DNA of 64,000 nt from Basidiobolus meristosporus CBS 931.73 (GCA_002104905.1 MCFE01000037.1:124001-188000); one strand, 5' to 3'. Numbered from the stretch's first letter, positions 25,361 to 38,263 are shown. Numbers and translations are program-made. The notes: generated from the sequence alone by a model not told the origin.

Positions 25361-26251
25361 TTAACGACGGGCAATAGTGGCAGTGATATAGCCAGATGGG
25401 TCACTGACAGGTTGGAAGATATCCATATCCTTGCCCTCGTTAGGAAGGTTGAAAGGCTTCAGGTTGACACTGAAGTAGTGCTTGTTGGGAAGAGCATAGC
25501 TGATCTCACTGACATCCTCAAAGCTGGCAAGAACCTTTTCGCCCATCTTGTACATGGTGGCTTGAACAGAGGCAGAGTTGTCAGTGGCGAAGGTGCTAAG
25601 TGTGATCTCACGAACACCCTCGGCAATTTCATCGAATGGAATCTCCTCAATCTTGGATTTATCAAGGTTGTACGTCCACTTGGCATCGACGCTGGTGGAG
25701 AAAATACGGTCGGTGGCATCTTGGAGAGTGGTGTACTCGCAACGGTGGAAGTTGGTGAATGAAGACCCAGTGGACTTCAACACAAGAAGGTCCTTGAGGC
25801 GGGACTCAATGGATACCTTACCGTTACGGGAGACAGTCAACTCCACACGTCTGGTCTCATCACCATCACGAAGGAAGGAGTGGGGGTGGAGTTGACCGTC
25901 GATCTCAACACGGGTCCAGCGGTGTTGGATAAGCTTGATGTAGACATCATCAACATGAGAGTATCTGTTGATGAAGTGTTGACCAATCTCGTAACCGAAA
26001 CGCTCGATGGTTTGAACTTGGTTGGACTTCTTGGCAAGGACATAGATGGTGTTCTTGACAGTGTCAGTGGGGACGACAACTGAGTTGTCAGCCTCGGTGT
26101 AGGAGGTCTCGAACTTGCCATCGAGGAGGACTTGAGCGGTGAGCTCAATAACATCATGCCAGTTCTTGGTGTGACGGATGACCTTTGTGAGGCGCACCTT
26201 GGTCTTACCGTAGGCTTGTTTCTTCAAGTAGGCACCAGATTTAGTAGACAT
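25361..26251 (-). CDS. UOX: Urate oxidase, type A, copy A2
   Basis: Intact 296-aa ORF with CEYTTL; ends -ARR. Confidence 0.95.
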   Translation of the reverse strand: MSTKSGAYLKKQAYGKTKVRLTKVIRHTKNWHDVIELTAQVLLDGKFETSYTEADNSVVVPTDTVKNTIYVLAKKSNQVQTIERFGYEIGQHFINRYSHVDDVYIKLIQHRWTRVEIDGQLHPHSFLRDGDETRRVELTVSRNGKVSIESRLKDLLVLKSTGSSFTNFHRCEYTTLQDATDRIFSTSVDAKWTYNLDKSKIEEIPFDEIAEGVREITLSTFATDNSASVQATMYKMGEKVLASFEDVSEISYALPNKHYFSVNLKPFNLPNEGKDMDIFQPVSDPSGYITATIARR

Positions 26252-26771
26252 GATAGAGGAATGAGTAGAGAGAACCAGAACAGTAAATCTCAGTATCAGA
26301 TCCCGCGGCCTTTATATATATCCCATTGGTGGTCGAACGTTTTGCCTCCATTGATTTATCTATCTAGATGAAAAGGAAAGTTCCCATGGTTTGGTTAAAT
26401 CAGATCAGATCACTCTGCGTAGTCTGTTCTTCTCTAGGTGTGGTGGTGATTCTAGCCATGATTTTGGTGAGAACATCACCTACGGTCTAGACTATACAAA
26501 TCCAGACTGGAATAACACTCTGTCTTCAGTGTACCTCTTAATCAGCTTAACCAAAACAGCGGTAGAGTGATCCTCATGTACCAATGCTATGGAACTGCGC
26601 GAAGAACCGGCTTACGTTATACAAAATGGATTGATCATATGTTTCTTGTTTTGATATAAGCATTGTTAGGTTTAAAGTATTTATTTACGCTGTTAAGGTT
26701 GGTCGGCTCTGACAATGGAGATTAGGATGCATGCGAAAAATCATGAGTGAATTCATTAATAATGTTTTCGT

Positions 26772-27662
26772 TTAGAATTTGTTTCCACGACGACCAATGG
26801 TGGCAGTGATGTAGCCAGAGAAGTCGGTGACTGGAGAGAAAATGGTCATCTCTTGGCCAGCGTTGGGAAGGTTGAAGGGGGCAAGGTTGGTGGTGAAGTG
26901 ATGGCTGTTGGGGAGTGCGTAGTACACATCACGGACTTCTGGGAAACGCTTCAAGATCAGCTCAGCCATGCGGTACATGGTGGCCTGGACTGAGGCGGAG
27001 TCATCGTGAGCGAACACATCAAGGGTGGTCTTGCGGACTCCTTCAAAGATGCGGTCGAATGGAATGTTCTCGACTCCAATCGAGGTGTCAATGTTGTAGT
27101 GGGCCTTGACAGTGGTGGAGAAGATACGGTCATCAGCATCTTGGAGAGTGGTGTTCTCGCAGTGATGGAAGTTGGTGAAGGATGAGCCGGTGGTCTTCAA
27201 GACGAGAAGGCCTTCCAAGCCAGACTTGATGCTGACATCGTTGGCGCTGACAGTGACCCAGGTCTCTCTGGTCTCGCTGCCGTCACGGTAGAAGGAGTGA
27301 GGGTGAGGCTCGCCGTTGACATTGATTCTGGTCCAGCGGAGTTGAACAATGTGGACGTTAGCGTGGGTGACATGAGGGTACTTGTCAACGAAGTGCTTGC
27401 CGAGTTCGTAACCGTAACGCTCGATGGTCTGAACGTGGTTGGACTTCTTGGCAATGATGTAGCAGGTGTTCTTGACAGTGTCGGTGGGGACGACCTTGCT
27501 GTTGTCAGCCTCGGTGTAAGCCTCTTCGAAGTCACCCTCGAGGAGCACTTGGACAGTGAGCTCGACAATGTCGTTCCACTGGGGAGTGTGGCGGATAGCC
27601 TTGGTGACTCTGACCTTAGCCTTACCGTAGGCTTGGCGTTTTAACTCAACTGCAGAAGACAT
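26772..27662 (-). CDS. UOX: Urate oxidase, type B, copy B2
   Basis: Intact; start MSSAVELK at 27662 by homology; ends -GNKF. Confidence 0.95.
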   Translation of the reverse strand: MSSAVELKRQAYGKAKVRVTKAIRHTPQWNDIVELTVQVLLEGDFEEAYTEADNSKVVPTDTVKNTCYIIAKKSNHVQTIERYGYELGKHFVDKYPHVTHANVHIVQLRWTRINVNGEPHPHSFYRDGSETRETWVTVSANDVSIKSGLEGLLVLKTTGSSFTNFHHCENTTLQDADDRIFSTTVKAHYNIDTSIGVENIPFDRIFEGVRKTTLDVFAHDDSASVQATMYRMAELILKRFPEVRDVYYALPNSHHFTTNLAPFNLPNAGQEMTIFSPVTDFSGYITATIGRRGNKF

Positions 27663-28146
27663 TGTCGTATAAGATTTGGATGATACTGATGTACGAGACT
27701 GACCGAGGAATTCCTTATATACGGAACTAGACTTCACCACTAGGGAGCAATATAATCAATATCTCCATGATCAATTGATAATCAGGGAGCATCAACTGGC
27801 TAGGCACATAAGTCTCATTCTTGTTCATCACTTTCATCAATTATGTTGCTTTACCGGTTTTTGTGGGAACGATCTATATTGGCAATCAAGATCGATGTGA
27901 GAGGATTTTCGTTCCCTCCGTTTCACTTTGTTCATTAATGCCACTCTTGGTGACATGGCGGAGACCCAAATTCCTTTATCTCTCTCTTGCAACTCGGAAA
28001 TATATAGGAATTTGCGTTCCATCTGGTTAGAGATAGTTTAAAAATGCAAGTATTTATTAGATTTTACGATTCAGGACTTTACACTACTCCGTTGTTATGG
28101 TGATGTTGGATGAAATGAATGATGTGAACAATTGTTGGTGAACAAT

Positions 28147-29037
28147 CTAACGACGGGCGATAGTGGCAGTGATATAGCCAGATGGGTCACTGACAGGTTG
28201 GAAGATATCCATATCCTTGCCCTCGTTAGGAAGGTTGAAAGGCTTCAGGTTGACACTGAAGTAGTGCTTGTTGGGAAGAGCATAGCTGATCTCACTGACA
28301 TCCTCAAAGCTGGCAAGAACCTTTTCGCCCATCTTGTACATGGTGGCTTGAACAGAGGCAGAGTTGTCAGTGGCGAAGGTGCTAAGTGTGATCTCACGAA
28401 CACCCTCGGCAATTTCATCGAATGGAATCTCCTCAATCTTGGATTTATCAAGGTTGTACGTCCACTTGGCATCGACACTGGTGGAGAAAATACGGTCGGT
28501 GGCATCTTGGAGAGTGGTGTACTCGCAACGGTGGAAGTTGGTGAATGAAGACCCAGTAGACTTCAACACAAGAAGGTCCTTGAGGCGAGACTCGATGGAT
28601 ACCTTACCGTTACGGGAGACAGTCAACTCAACACGTCTGGTCTCATCACCATCACGAAGGAAGGAGTGGGGGTGGAGTTGACCGTCGATCTCAACACGGG
28701 TCCAGCGGTGTTGGATAAGCTTGATGTAGACATCATCAACATGAGAGTATCTGTTGATGAAGTGTTGACCAATCTCGTAACCGAAACGCTCGATGGTTTG
28801 AACTTGGTTGGACTTCTTGGCAAGGACATAGATGGTGTTCTTGACAGTGTCAGTGGGGACGACAACTGAGTTGTCAGCCTCGGTGTAGGAGGTCTCGAAC
28901 TTGCCATCGAGGAGGACTTGAGCGGTGAGCTCAATAACATCATGCCAGTTCTTGGTGTGACGGATGACCTTTGTGAGGCGAACCTTGGTCTTACCGTAGG
29001 CTTGTTTCTTTAAGTAGGCACCAGAGTTAGCAGACAT
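28147..29037 (-). CDS. UOX: Urate oxidase, type A, copy A3
   Basis: Intact 296-aa ORF, nearly identical to A2; ends -ARR. Confidence 0.95.
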   Translation of the reverse strand: MSANSGAYLKKQAYGKTKVRLTKVIRHTKNWHDVIELTAQVLLDGKFETSYTEADNSVVVPTDTVKNTIYVLAKKSNQVQTIERFGYEIGQHFINRYSHVDDVYIKLIQHRWTRVEIDGQLHPHSFLRDGDETRRVELTVSRNGKVSIESRLKDLLVLKSTGSSFTNFHRCEYTTLQDATDRIFSTSVDAKWTYNLDKSKIEEIPFDEIAEGVREITLSTFATDNSASVQATMYKMGEKVLASFEDVSEISYALPNKHYFSVNLKPFNLPNEGKDMDIFQPVSDPSGYITATIARR

Positions 29038-29578
29038 TTTGTGTATTATGTAATTCGGGGAAGCAACCCTCTTGTATTTATAGACCTAGCTCTCCCCTGA
29101 TCATGCTGCCATTTTAACTCCCCCTCACCCGCACGCAGGTTTGGAGCAATCCTATTAGTCAGGAAAGGAAGTCAGTACTTGAATTCAAGGAATCCTATTC
29201 GATGGTTAGATAAGAAATCATTCATTTATTACTATCCTTATTCGATTTGGTCACACTTTTCCGATTATCTTAATAGATTTAATCTCAACCCCCCTCACCT
29301 CCAGTTTCCTGATTTATCGTCTCTTCACGATCTAAACGCTGGGCTACTTATGAATATAGTCGAATACCATTCATGTGCATTTTTGGACATGGGTGTTAAA
29401 TCATACACGTCACGACCACTTGTGGCTAATTTGATGTTTGCTCCTGTTACTTTTTGCGTGGTTTTTTTCTTTTCTTTGTCTGTTCCTTTCTAAAACACAA
29501 TCCATTTAATTTGCGTCGAAATTTATTATGTATATAATGGTGTAGAGTTACAGATGCGAATGTAAATTGAATGATGAT

Positions 29579-30469
29579 TTAGAACTTGTTTCCACGACGG
29601 CCAATGGTGGCAGTGATGTAGCCAGAGAAGTCGGTGACTGGAGAGAAAATGGTCATCTCTTGGCCAGCGTTAGGGAGGCTGAAGGGGGCAAGGTTGGTGG
29701 TGAAGTGATGGCTGTTGGGGAGTGCGTAGTACACATCACGGACTTCTGGGAAGCGCTTCAAGATCAGCTCAGCCATGCGGTACATGGTGGCCTGGACTGA
29801 GGCAGAGTCATCGTGAGCGAACACATCAAGGGTGGTCTTGCGGACTCCTTCAAAGATGCGGTCGAATGGAATGTTCTCGACTCCAATCGAGGTGTCAATG
29901 TTGTAGTGGGCCTTGACGGTAGTGGAGAAGATACGGTCATCAGCATCCTGCAGGGTGGTGTTCTCGCAGCGATGGAAGTTGGTGAAGGACGAGCCGGTGG
30001 TCTTCAAGACGAGAAGGCCTTCCAAGCCAGACTTGATGCTGACATCGTTGGCGCTGACAGTGACCCAGGTCTCTCTGGTCTCGCTGCCGTCACGGTAGAA
30101 GGAGTGAGGATGAGGTTGACCATTAACATTAATTCTAGTCCAGCGGAGTTGAACGATGTGAACGTGGGCGTGGGTGACATGAGGGTACTTGTCAACGAAG
30201 TGCTTGCCGAGTTCGTAACCGTAACGCTCGATGGTCTGAACGTGGTTGGACTTCTTGGCAATGATGTAGCAGGTGTTCTTGACAGTGTCGGTGGGGACGA
30301 CCTTGCTGTTGTCAGCCTCGGTGTAAGCCTCTTCGAAGTCACCCTCAAGGAGCACTTGGCAGGTGAGCTCGACAATGTCGTTCCACTGAGGAGTGTGGCG
30401 GATAGCCTTGGTGACTCTGACCTTAGCCTTACCGTAGGCTTGGCGTTTTAACTCAACAGAGGTAGACAT
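29579..30469 (-). CDS. UOX: Urate oxidase, type B, copy B3
   Basis: Intact; start MSTSVELK at 30469; ends -GNKF. Confidence 0.95.
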   Translation of the reverse strand: MSTSVELKRQAYGKAKVRVTKAIRHTPQWNDIVELTCQVLLEGDFEEAYTEADNSKVVPTDTVKNTCYIIAKKSNHVQTIERYGYELGKHFVDKYPHVTHAHVHIVQLRWTRINVNGQPHPHSFYRDGSETRETWVTVSANDVSIKSGLEGLLVLKTTGSSFTNFHRCENTTLQDADDRIFSTTVKAHYNIDTSIGVENIPFDRIFEGVRKTTLDVFAHDDSASVQATMYRMAELILKRFPEVRDVYYALPNSHHFTTNLAPFSLPNAGQEMTIFSPVTDFSGYITATIGRRGNKF

Positions 30470-30570
30470 GGCTGGAAGATAGAATTTGGGATCTGCGTGT
30501 GCGAACCCTATTCCCAACCTGGTGATTTATATAATCGGGTGACAAAAATTTTCCCACCTCACACGGGATT

Positions 30571-30617
30571 GATGATTCGGATGATTCGGATGATTCAGAT
30601 AATCTTCGAAGATAATC
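30571..30617. repeat. Short tandem repeat (GATGATTCR)3 followed by two GATAATC motifs, upstream of uricase B3
   Basis: The sequence reads gatgattcg gatgattcg gatgattca gataatc ttcgaa gataatc. Confidence 0.7.
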
Positions 30618-31679
30618 AGTATGATGGGAACACTCTTCGGTGTGCACAGCAATCTAGGCTTCGTACATGATGCACTGAAATATATTCACGAGATTAACCG
30701 TTGACTATATCAACCTGTATAGCGATTTATATTCTCAGTTAGAATCATGCGTTACTGATGAACAATGCCACCATATATAGTAATACCCTGGAGGATATTC
30801 TCGGATTTCCTGCAAACACCTTCCTTAATTACCCATAATGATGCAGGAAGCAGTCACAGATTCCGATGATAGTTTCAGATAATCTTTCAATTTCGGCGTA
30901 TTTGTTGTAAAGGGTATTACGAAGCGGATAATGGTGTATCAAACAACTCGAGGCCTAATCCCATTGCCATATAACTTATGTAAATCATTGACAGAGGAAG
31001 TGGGGGCCTTCTCTATTTTAAGTAATCTGCTTGAAGGTTTGGTGGTTTCTTGGGAGGCATCTCACCCCCATCTCTTCGTTGGGATATTTGATGTACAGCC
31101 TAAATATTGAAGTACGGTTGTATGGTGCATCCACACCTCTTTGGCAACGCTTTGGAACCAATTTGATATGTTTAACATATGGGGAATTAAGATATTTTGT
31201 TTTAGGCAATTGTTTGAAGCATTGCAATATTATTTATATGTTGGTATCTTTCGGTGAATTGGAGAGCCCACAGTCATCCAAGTCTAAAGCACTAATATTT
31301 CTGATAGAGTATTTATAATTTCTGGGAAACTTCATAATACCAAAGATGAGGATGCTATATGAAAGACCCCAGGAAGCTGTTTGTAAAGTTTGAGAGCTTT
31401 TGGTCGAGTTTGAAAATATTGATAACTTCCTAATTCAAAGAATCAGCTAATATCTTACAAACCAAATCTCAAGCAAATAATTCATAACTTAGCGATAGGC
31501 CAAATAGATTTTTAAGGTATATGAATGGCTTAGGTGTAAACGGAATACTTACAACAGATACTCCAGGACCTGTAAGTACTTGCAACCAAATTGACTTCGA
31601 GCACCAATACCAAGACCATGTTTAAGTAAATATGGCAGCATTTGTCTCCAACAAAATGTTGTAATAGTGTATTGACACC

Positions 31680-31990
31680 TAAATGTTCCATCAGCTTTGT
31701 CATTTAGATCATAGTTTACTATTTCCTGTCCAAATTTACTTTCAGCATGTACTTGGAATATCTTCACCAATATGTCAAGTGACCATACATGAAAATTGGC
31801 CAAGTATCCCAAAAGCCCCTAGACTTTGCACACATGCCATTAGGATCTTTCTAGACATATTTGATGCGTTTCTTTTGCCAAGACTTAGTAAAAGTATAAG
31901 CCTCATTTTTTCATTTAATAGGCCCTGAAGTAGAGACCATACAATCTTCTTGCTCTCCCAATCACTTCTGATATTGACAAGACCCTCACA
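31680..31990 (+). repeat. Degenerate copia LTR remnant (same family as 5846-6194)
   Basis: Shared blocks tacttggaatatcttcacca, actttgcacacat, gtaaaagtataa and ccaatcacttct. Confidence 0.65.
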
Positions 31991-33011
31991 GCATGATATG
32001 CAAGATTTATTTGGAAGAGATTCAGTAGCATTTGGCATTCAGTAGGTTGGAAGAGTTTTATTGAGAAATGATTACAGTAAAATCTAAAGGCTACATATGT
32101 CAGAATTTTCGAAAATGGATTTTGCTTGGATCTGGTAGCTAGGCCTCATACTTTGCCTGGGATTAGTATGCATCATGGTCAGTATTTTGCGCGCAGCATC
32201 ATGCTCACATATGGACCTGATCCTCATTTTTGAGATGCTGTGAGCTTAATCCAAGTTGGGTTTCTGCCGATTGTCACATGTTATTCTTATGGCAACCATC
32301 CAAAATTTCTGATAGGATAATCATCACCACCAACATCCAGCATATGATTCACTTGCCTTATCAATGAACTCCAAGCGTATGTTCGGAGATAGAAAAGTTG
32401 AAGCCCTTGCCGATTCAAATATCACCCAACAGATCCACGGGCCCTTTGTTGTTCGAGAACGTAGTGTACCATAGTGGTTTGCCAGAGAGTGATAAGGTTG
32501 GGTAAGGCGGATTATGGAATCATCGACCCGGGTATGGATTAAGTGATTACAATCAGCACCAAAGCCAATTGATTTCAAAACAATAGATTTCCCTCCAGTA
32601 TATTTCAGTGATTCCCAGTCCACCCAAATCTGATAAGTTATCAAAACAGATCTTTCTAGATCAGAGCGTGATTTTTGCTGGGAATTCGAAGGGTTCCAAA
32701 ATTACCTAATCACTACCGCAATTGGGGAGCGTATTTTACGTCGGTTACAGAATCCTCCACTCAAATCAAGTTCCTCTAAGTAGTGAGATCGAGTTTAAAC
32801 CGTTTTCATTTTCCCGATTATTAATCAGAGGCTGAAAAAAGCCTGGATTATATAGTAGAGCGGGTGGGGTTTATTTGCGGAAATAAAAATCCCACCTTCC
32901 TTTACCTTCCTCTCATACTCTCTTCTCTAGATATATAGCCATATATATCCCTTCGGTGCCAACCCAGTTTCCAACCACACCCAGGATATTTTTGTAAACC
33001 AAACAGCCACC

Positions 33012-34028
33012 ATGTTCGAAATAAACGCGGGCGATAGAGTTCTCTTGGTCGGGAACCCCCAGGTGAAAATGGAAGCCCTGGTGCAATGTCGTAGCGAGCT
33101 TGACCAGAAAGTCTCCCCTAACGGAAAGGTGGATTTCGAGCAATTCGACCGCATTCCTATTCGTAAGTGCTGTTGCTACGGATCTTTCAAATGATTCGGC
33201 GTTCTGACCTGTGTTGTTCTTTTAGTTTATCTTTCACCCATCTACAACGCCATCTTGACCGGTGTCCTCCAGCCTTCAGGAACAGCCCATAACGCAGTTG
33301 TTCTTAGAAAGCTTCTAGGCGCTCTGTTGCCGGGAGGTCGGATTATCCTTCACGAGCCTGCCTTGGTTGAGGGAGAGCAGAATACTGCCGCCCCCGTCAA
33401 CCGCACAGCCAAAGATATCGTTTCGGAACTCAAGATCAGCGGCTTCATCGACATCTCGGTGAACAGCAGGATTCTCACTGAAGAGGAGCTGAACGACTAC
33501 ATCCAAAACACCTGGAGTCTCCAGGATAGAGACAATGCTCACCAAAGCCTCCAAGGGAAACTGGAGATGGTGCAAATCGTTGCCAAGAAGCCTGCTTACG
33601 AAGTAGGCGCCTCGGCCGCTCTTCCTTTCGCGCGCAAAAAGGCAGCCACTCAAGCCACCAAAAGAGCGGCAGTCTGGAAGATCAGCGCCAATGACGAAGA
33701 CGAGGAGCTGGAAGACGAAGACGACCTTTTGGATGAAGAGGATCTGGCCAAGCCTGACCCCAGCTCTTTGACCAAACCTGACGATTGCAGCAGCAAGAAG
33801 AAGGCCTGTAAGAACTGCTCCTGTGGCCTCTCGGAGGAGTTGGAGGAAAAGAAAAGGGTGGTGCCTAAGCCCACTCCAGCCCCCGCCCCCGTATCATCCT
33901 GTGGTAGCTGCTACTTGGGAGATGCTTTCCGTTGTGGTAGCTGTCCGTATTTAGGGATGCCGGCTTTCAAGCCTGGCGAGAAGGTCCAACTGGGCGGCAA
34001 CATGATGGCAGATGACATCGACCTCTAA
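33012..34028 (+). CDS. DRE2: Fe-S cluster assembly protein Dre2/anamorsin (exons 33012-33162, 33226-34028)
   Basis: C-terminal CX8CX2CXC-type ([15 protein letters not shown]) and CX2CX7CX2C ([18 protein letters not shown]) motifs, an acidic linker, and an N-terminal methyltransferase-like region. Confidence 0.95.
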
Positions 34029-34571
34029 GCGCATGCATACCCACACACGAACCCTCTAACTCTATCTAAATTCCCTTCACAATACACAGGCAGACGTTTC
34101 TCGACCTTGCATCCAAAAAATTCCTAGCGAGTTTATTACCTTGGCTACTGCTACATTTATCACCCTAGAATCTGCTCTTGCAACATGGATTTCGTTTGTA
34201 TTATTATTCCGATGTTTAGAATCATTAAAGGTCAAGAACGATCGATTTGTTTGTAGTGGTTGGTTGGTTGGTGGCCAGCGTTGGGTTGGGTATTGGATAG
34301 CTCTTTACTGACAAGAATCATCAACGATCTGCTTCGTCGCGAACAAAACAATCATGTATATATGTATATTTCAACTTGATTTGGTCTTGCTCGGTAACAT
34401 GAATGAAAAACCAAGTGGGTTGGGTTGGGGTTTGGCTTGAAAAAGAAGTATCTAGATTCATTTTGGCAGTACATACAAGGGTTGTCATTAAGATACGCAA
34501 TATCCGAGAACAAGGGAGATGGATTAAAGAAAATGCGCGCTTGTGTAAAAAGTCTTCGGAGGGGGTTGGAA

Positions 34572-37500
34572 TTAAATTTCCTCGTCCATGGCTGGAAGGT
34601 CCGATGGCTTCACCATACCAGGAATTCTCATGGCTGCCTCCATATCAGCCTTCTTCTTGGCCTCGGCCTCAGCCTCACGCTCGTCGAGGAAAAGATCGGC
34701 GTTGTCCCCAGCGAATTCCTGGTGGAGACGAATGAGTACGCGATGGGGATAATTAGTGGGCACATGTACTTACCTTGAGCTGGATCAGGAAATCTCTGAC
34801 GTGGAGCTTGAACTTGTGAAGGTCTTGGTCATAATCGAACATGCCCTTCACGAATCCTTGGATTTGAGCACTACATGGAGGAGGTGTTAGAGGAATGTGG
34901 TGCACAGGTGCGTGGCCTAAATGCTTACGTAGTTAGATGTGGGAAGGCGGTTTGGAGGAGATTACACACGTATTCCATGAGGAACATGGAGTTTGTCATG
35001 CTGGGGTTGCTCACTTGGGCTGGGTTGAAGAGGGGAGCACTGACGGAGCCGTTCTCAACCAACAAGAACATGCGGCTCAAGACCAGACACTGGAGCTTGA
35101 AACCACTCTTGTGGTCGGTGTCCGTCAAGACGTAGAAGATGTCCTGAAGGAGACTAAGGAAGTAGCCTTGGTAGAAGCCGTTGGCAATGCTGGGGTCGGA
35201 TGAGGCAACATTGTTGAGCAACTCTAGACAAATGCTCAAACCAATGTCGGCAATGTCACGCATGGTGTGCTTGAAAGCCCACACAACGCTGTCCATGATG
35301 AGCTTGAACTGAGGGGCGGGTAAGCCGAGAAGTGCGGGGAAGCAATGAATATCAATGGCGCGCAACAGCTTGAAAAAGCCGGAGCGATGCTCGGGGTACT
35401 CAGAGAAGTCCTTGTTGATCATGTTGAGGGTGCATTCGAACACCGCATCCAAGACTGCGGGGATCTTGTCGGTCAGTAGCGATCCCAATTTGCTAACAAT
35501 GGAGGAGATGACGCTCAGGACCTCGGGCTCCTTGGCCTTGTCAATGTTTCTGCCGTAGTCACCAAGGACAGCCTCGAAGAATGGTGGAACAATGTTTTGT
35601 GCCACAGCATTCAAGTCCTCAGCCTTGTTAATGTATGTCTCCACCAGTTTGAGGATTTCCTTCTTGATGGTACGCATGCCTCGGATCTTGGGAGTGCTAG
35701 CAGCGATGTTGCCCTCCATCTTCAATGACTCGGAAATAATCTCGCTGACGGCCCTGTAGAGGCTGAGGACATCCATGTAGATACGTCCGAGCTGACTGTA
35801 GTATCCGGAGCCAACGGAGACACAGGCAGCTACATTGGTTTTGAGAATGTTGACCAGGAGTTTGATGGTCTCAGGGTTGCTCAAGATCTCAGCATTGCTG
35901 TGGGCTTGGGCCATGGTGTTGTCCCAGGCGTTGTTGGGTAACTCCATGTACTTGGCGATCAGGCGCTCCTGGAGATTTCTCTGTGCCTGGGCCTGAATCA
36001 TGTACCCAACCGCTTCGTAGAAAGTTTGCACTTGCAGAGGGGTCAGATCAGAGGTGATCTGATCAATGGTGTTCAAGATTTCCTCGATGAACGGAACCAC
36101 TTCCCCGGATTGCTGTGTAACGAAATGGCGGCGGCACTTCTGTGAAATCTTGATGAAGGTGTCGCAGGCCATGTCTTGGACACCCTCATGGGTCTCATGC
36201 ATGAACTCGAACAGCTTGTTGACCACAGTCTTGAGGAACTTCCAGTGGGCCTTCAAGAATCGGGGGTATTGTCCAACAATGTACATGATGTTGGAGGCCA
36301 CCACCGCCTTGTTATCTTTGCCTCTCTTCATCTCACACAAACTAAGAAGATCTTTGATGACAATGACCAAGAACTTCTTCTCGGTTTCCTCGTTCATGGC
36401 TCCACTGATCGATCCCACCGCCCAGCAAAGTTTGTTCAGGTTGTTCCACGACCACTCTGAACCATCCATTTGCTTAGCAAGCTTGGTGGTCATGATAGAC
36501 TCAGTATCGTTCACATCCAAATGCGTGAGGTAAACCAAGCATTCACGCATGCTCTTGTAGAGAGTGATGGTATCAGTTTCCTTAATGTATTCTCTAACGA
36601 TCTCTCCTTCATCGTTCTCTACGATGAGGACTTCCTCGGGTCTAACCATTCTTTCGATCATCACCACTCGCAGCTGCGATAGGACCTCTGCGTAGGTGTC
36701 CTTTCTTTGTGTCCCGTTGGAGGCACCACCGAGGTTGAGAAGAGGAGCGCCCATGTTGGAGAGGTGCTGGCTTTCCTCGTACAACTCTGCAACTAGTTTG
36801 TTCCAATACTCCAGGCAGATCTTGAAGATCTCCCTGTCATCTACTCGGGAGATATTGACTAGGTACTTGTGGGCCGTCAACAAGATATCGGTTCTAGTGC
36901 GTGACTCGACGATCTTCAAGTGGGTGGAGAAGAAGCTGGTCAAGAATATGGCAAGGTTCTGGATCAGCTCTTGTTCTTCGTCAGATGCCTCTTCGAAGAC
37001 GGTCGCGATATCGGTGTTTGGAGGGATCATATTGACAACGGAAGACATGACCATTTCAAAGAGAAGTGGGAACTTCGCCTCGTACTTATCAACCACCACC
37101 AAGCCGCCAATCTCGGTAAGGCACTTCAGCGTGATGTTACGGAAAGCGGGAACCTCAAGAAAACGGCCACGAAGGTTGTCTATGATGTTGGTTTCGAAAA
37201 TGTACCCAAGTGGGATCCAGTTGAGGAATCTCAACAGTGTCTCCAGAGTAGCTTTGATAAGGCTGGGCTTCTGAGCCTTTTCCAGTACCTCGCTACATAG
37301 CTGGAAGATTTCGGAGAACTCTCCACACATTTGTTGCTTGAGGTTACGTGTTTTCACCTGGGTCATCTGTTCAGCAGAATAATCAAAGATCTCCTCACTA
37401 TACGCAAATCGGTCATTATTCAATCCGTAAGAATCCGGGATGGTGGTCTTTCGTTACCTTAGCAACTTCAAAATAGCCATGTTGTTTTCGCAAAGAGCGA

Positions 37501-38263
37501 GGTTAGTTTTACTGGACGCAACAATATCTGGAATGAACGTAGGCCAGTTTTTGGGCCATTCTTGCTTGAGGATCTACGGAGATATGTTATGTGAATGGTC
37601 ATTTGGAGTTAAGGGATGGGAAGCTTCAGCATACCTGAACCAAACTCAAGTTCAACTTGTTCAGTAATGTTCTTTCGCGATGCAGGGTGGTTTCATCAGA
37701 AGATAGTTTGATGGTGATTGCGACAATAAAGTTCTTGATTCCTGGGCAAATATTTCATTAATACAAGGCTCGAGCTATGTCCAAAAAAGTAGACCTTACC
37801 ATCACACTGCTCTCTGGGGAGAACTTTCCAACGAGTTTGAACAAGCTTGTCGAGGATTTGAAGTGCGATGAACTATATACAAATGTAAGTAAGTGAAGAT
37901 GGGCCCGGCACTGGTTACGTCGACTAACCTTTGTGTGGGCAGCTTTAGAGTTTTCTAGAATGCCGTCGACTCTTGTCCAAGCGTCAGGATGCTCTTGGAA
38001 TTGCGTTAGCACTTGTTGGGCCATGCGTTGCTAAGTAGTTTCAAAACATGAATTTCCACCCTAAAATCACTGCAAACCGCAGAATAAGCAAACCAACCTC
38101 TTCGCCCTTTCCAAGGAAAAACGTCTCGACAACTTGATCTAAGAGCTGTATATTAAGCTCACGGGAGAAATCCAAAATACCCTAGATCGATCGGAGCAGG
38201 AATCGCCCAGTTAGTCAGAAGTAATCCAATCCTCGTACCGTTGAATCTGAAACTTACGTCCAT
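34572..38263 (-). CDS. CRM1: Exportin-1 (multi-exon)
   Basis: Spliced N-terminus [17 protein letters not shown], plus [54 protein letters not shown] and a C-terminal [14 protein letters not shown] exon. Confidence 0.96.

Noticed and set aside
22491-30517. N-terminal extensions in ORF-track calls for A1, B2, B3, B7 and B8 as signal or targeting peptides
   Set aside because: They are not conserved among paralogs, start at non-ATG or upstream codons, and overlap the TATA-like region. The homologous Met is the likelier start.
32320-32660. Minus-strand DLGGLGI...WLW segment reminiscent of a LINE post-RT motif
   Set aside because: It has multiple stops and only one short motif, which is insufficient to call without a profile search.
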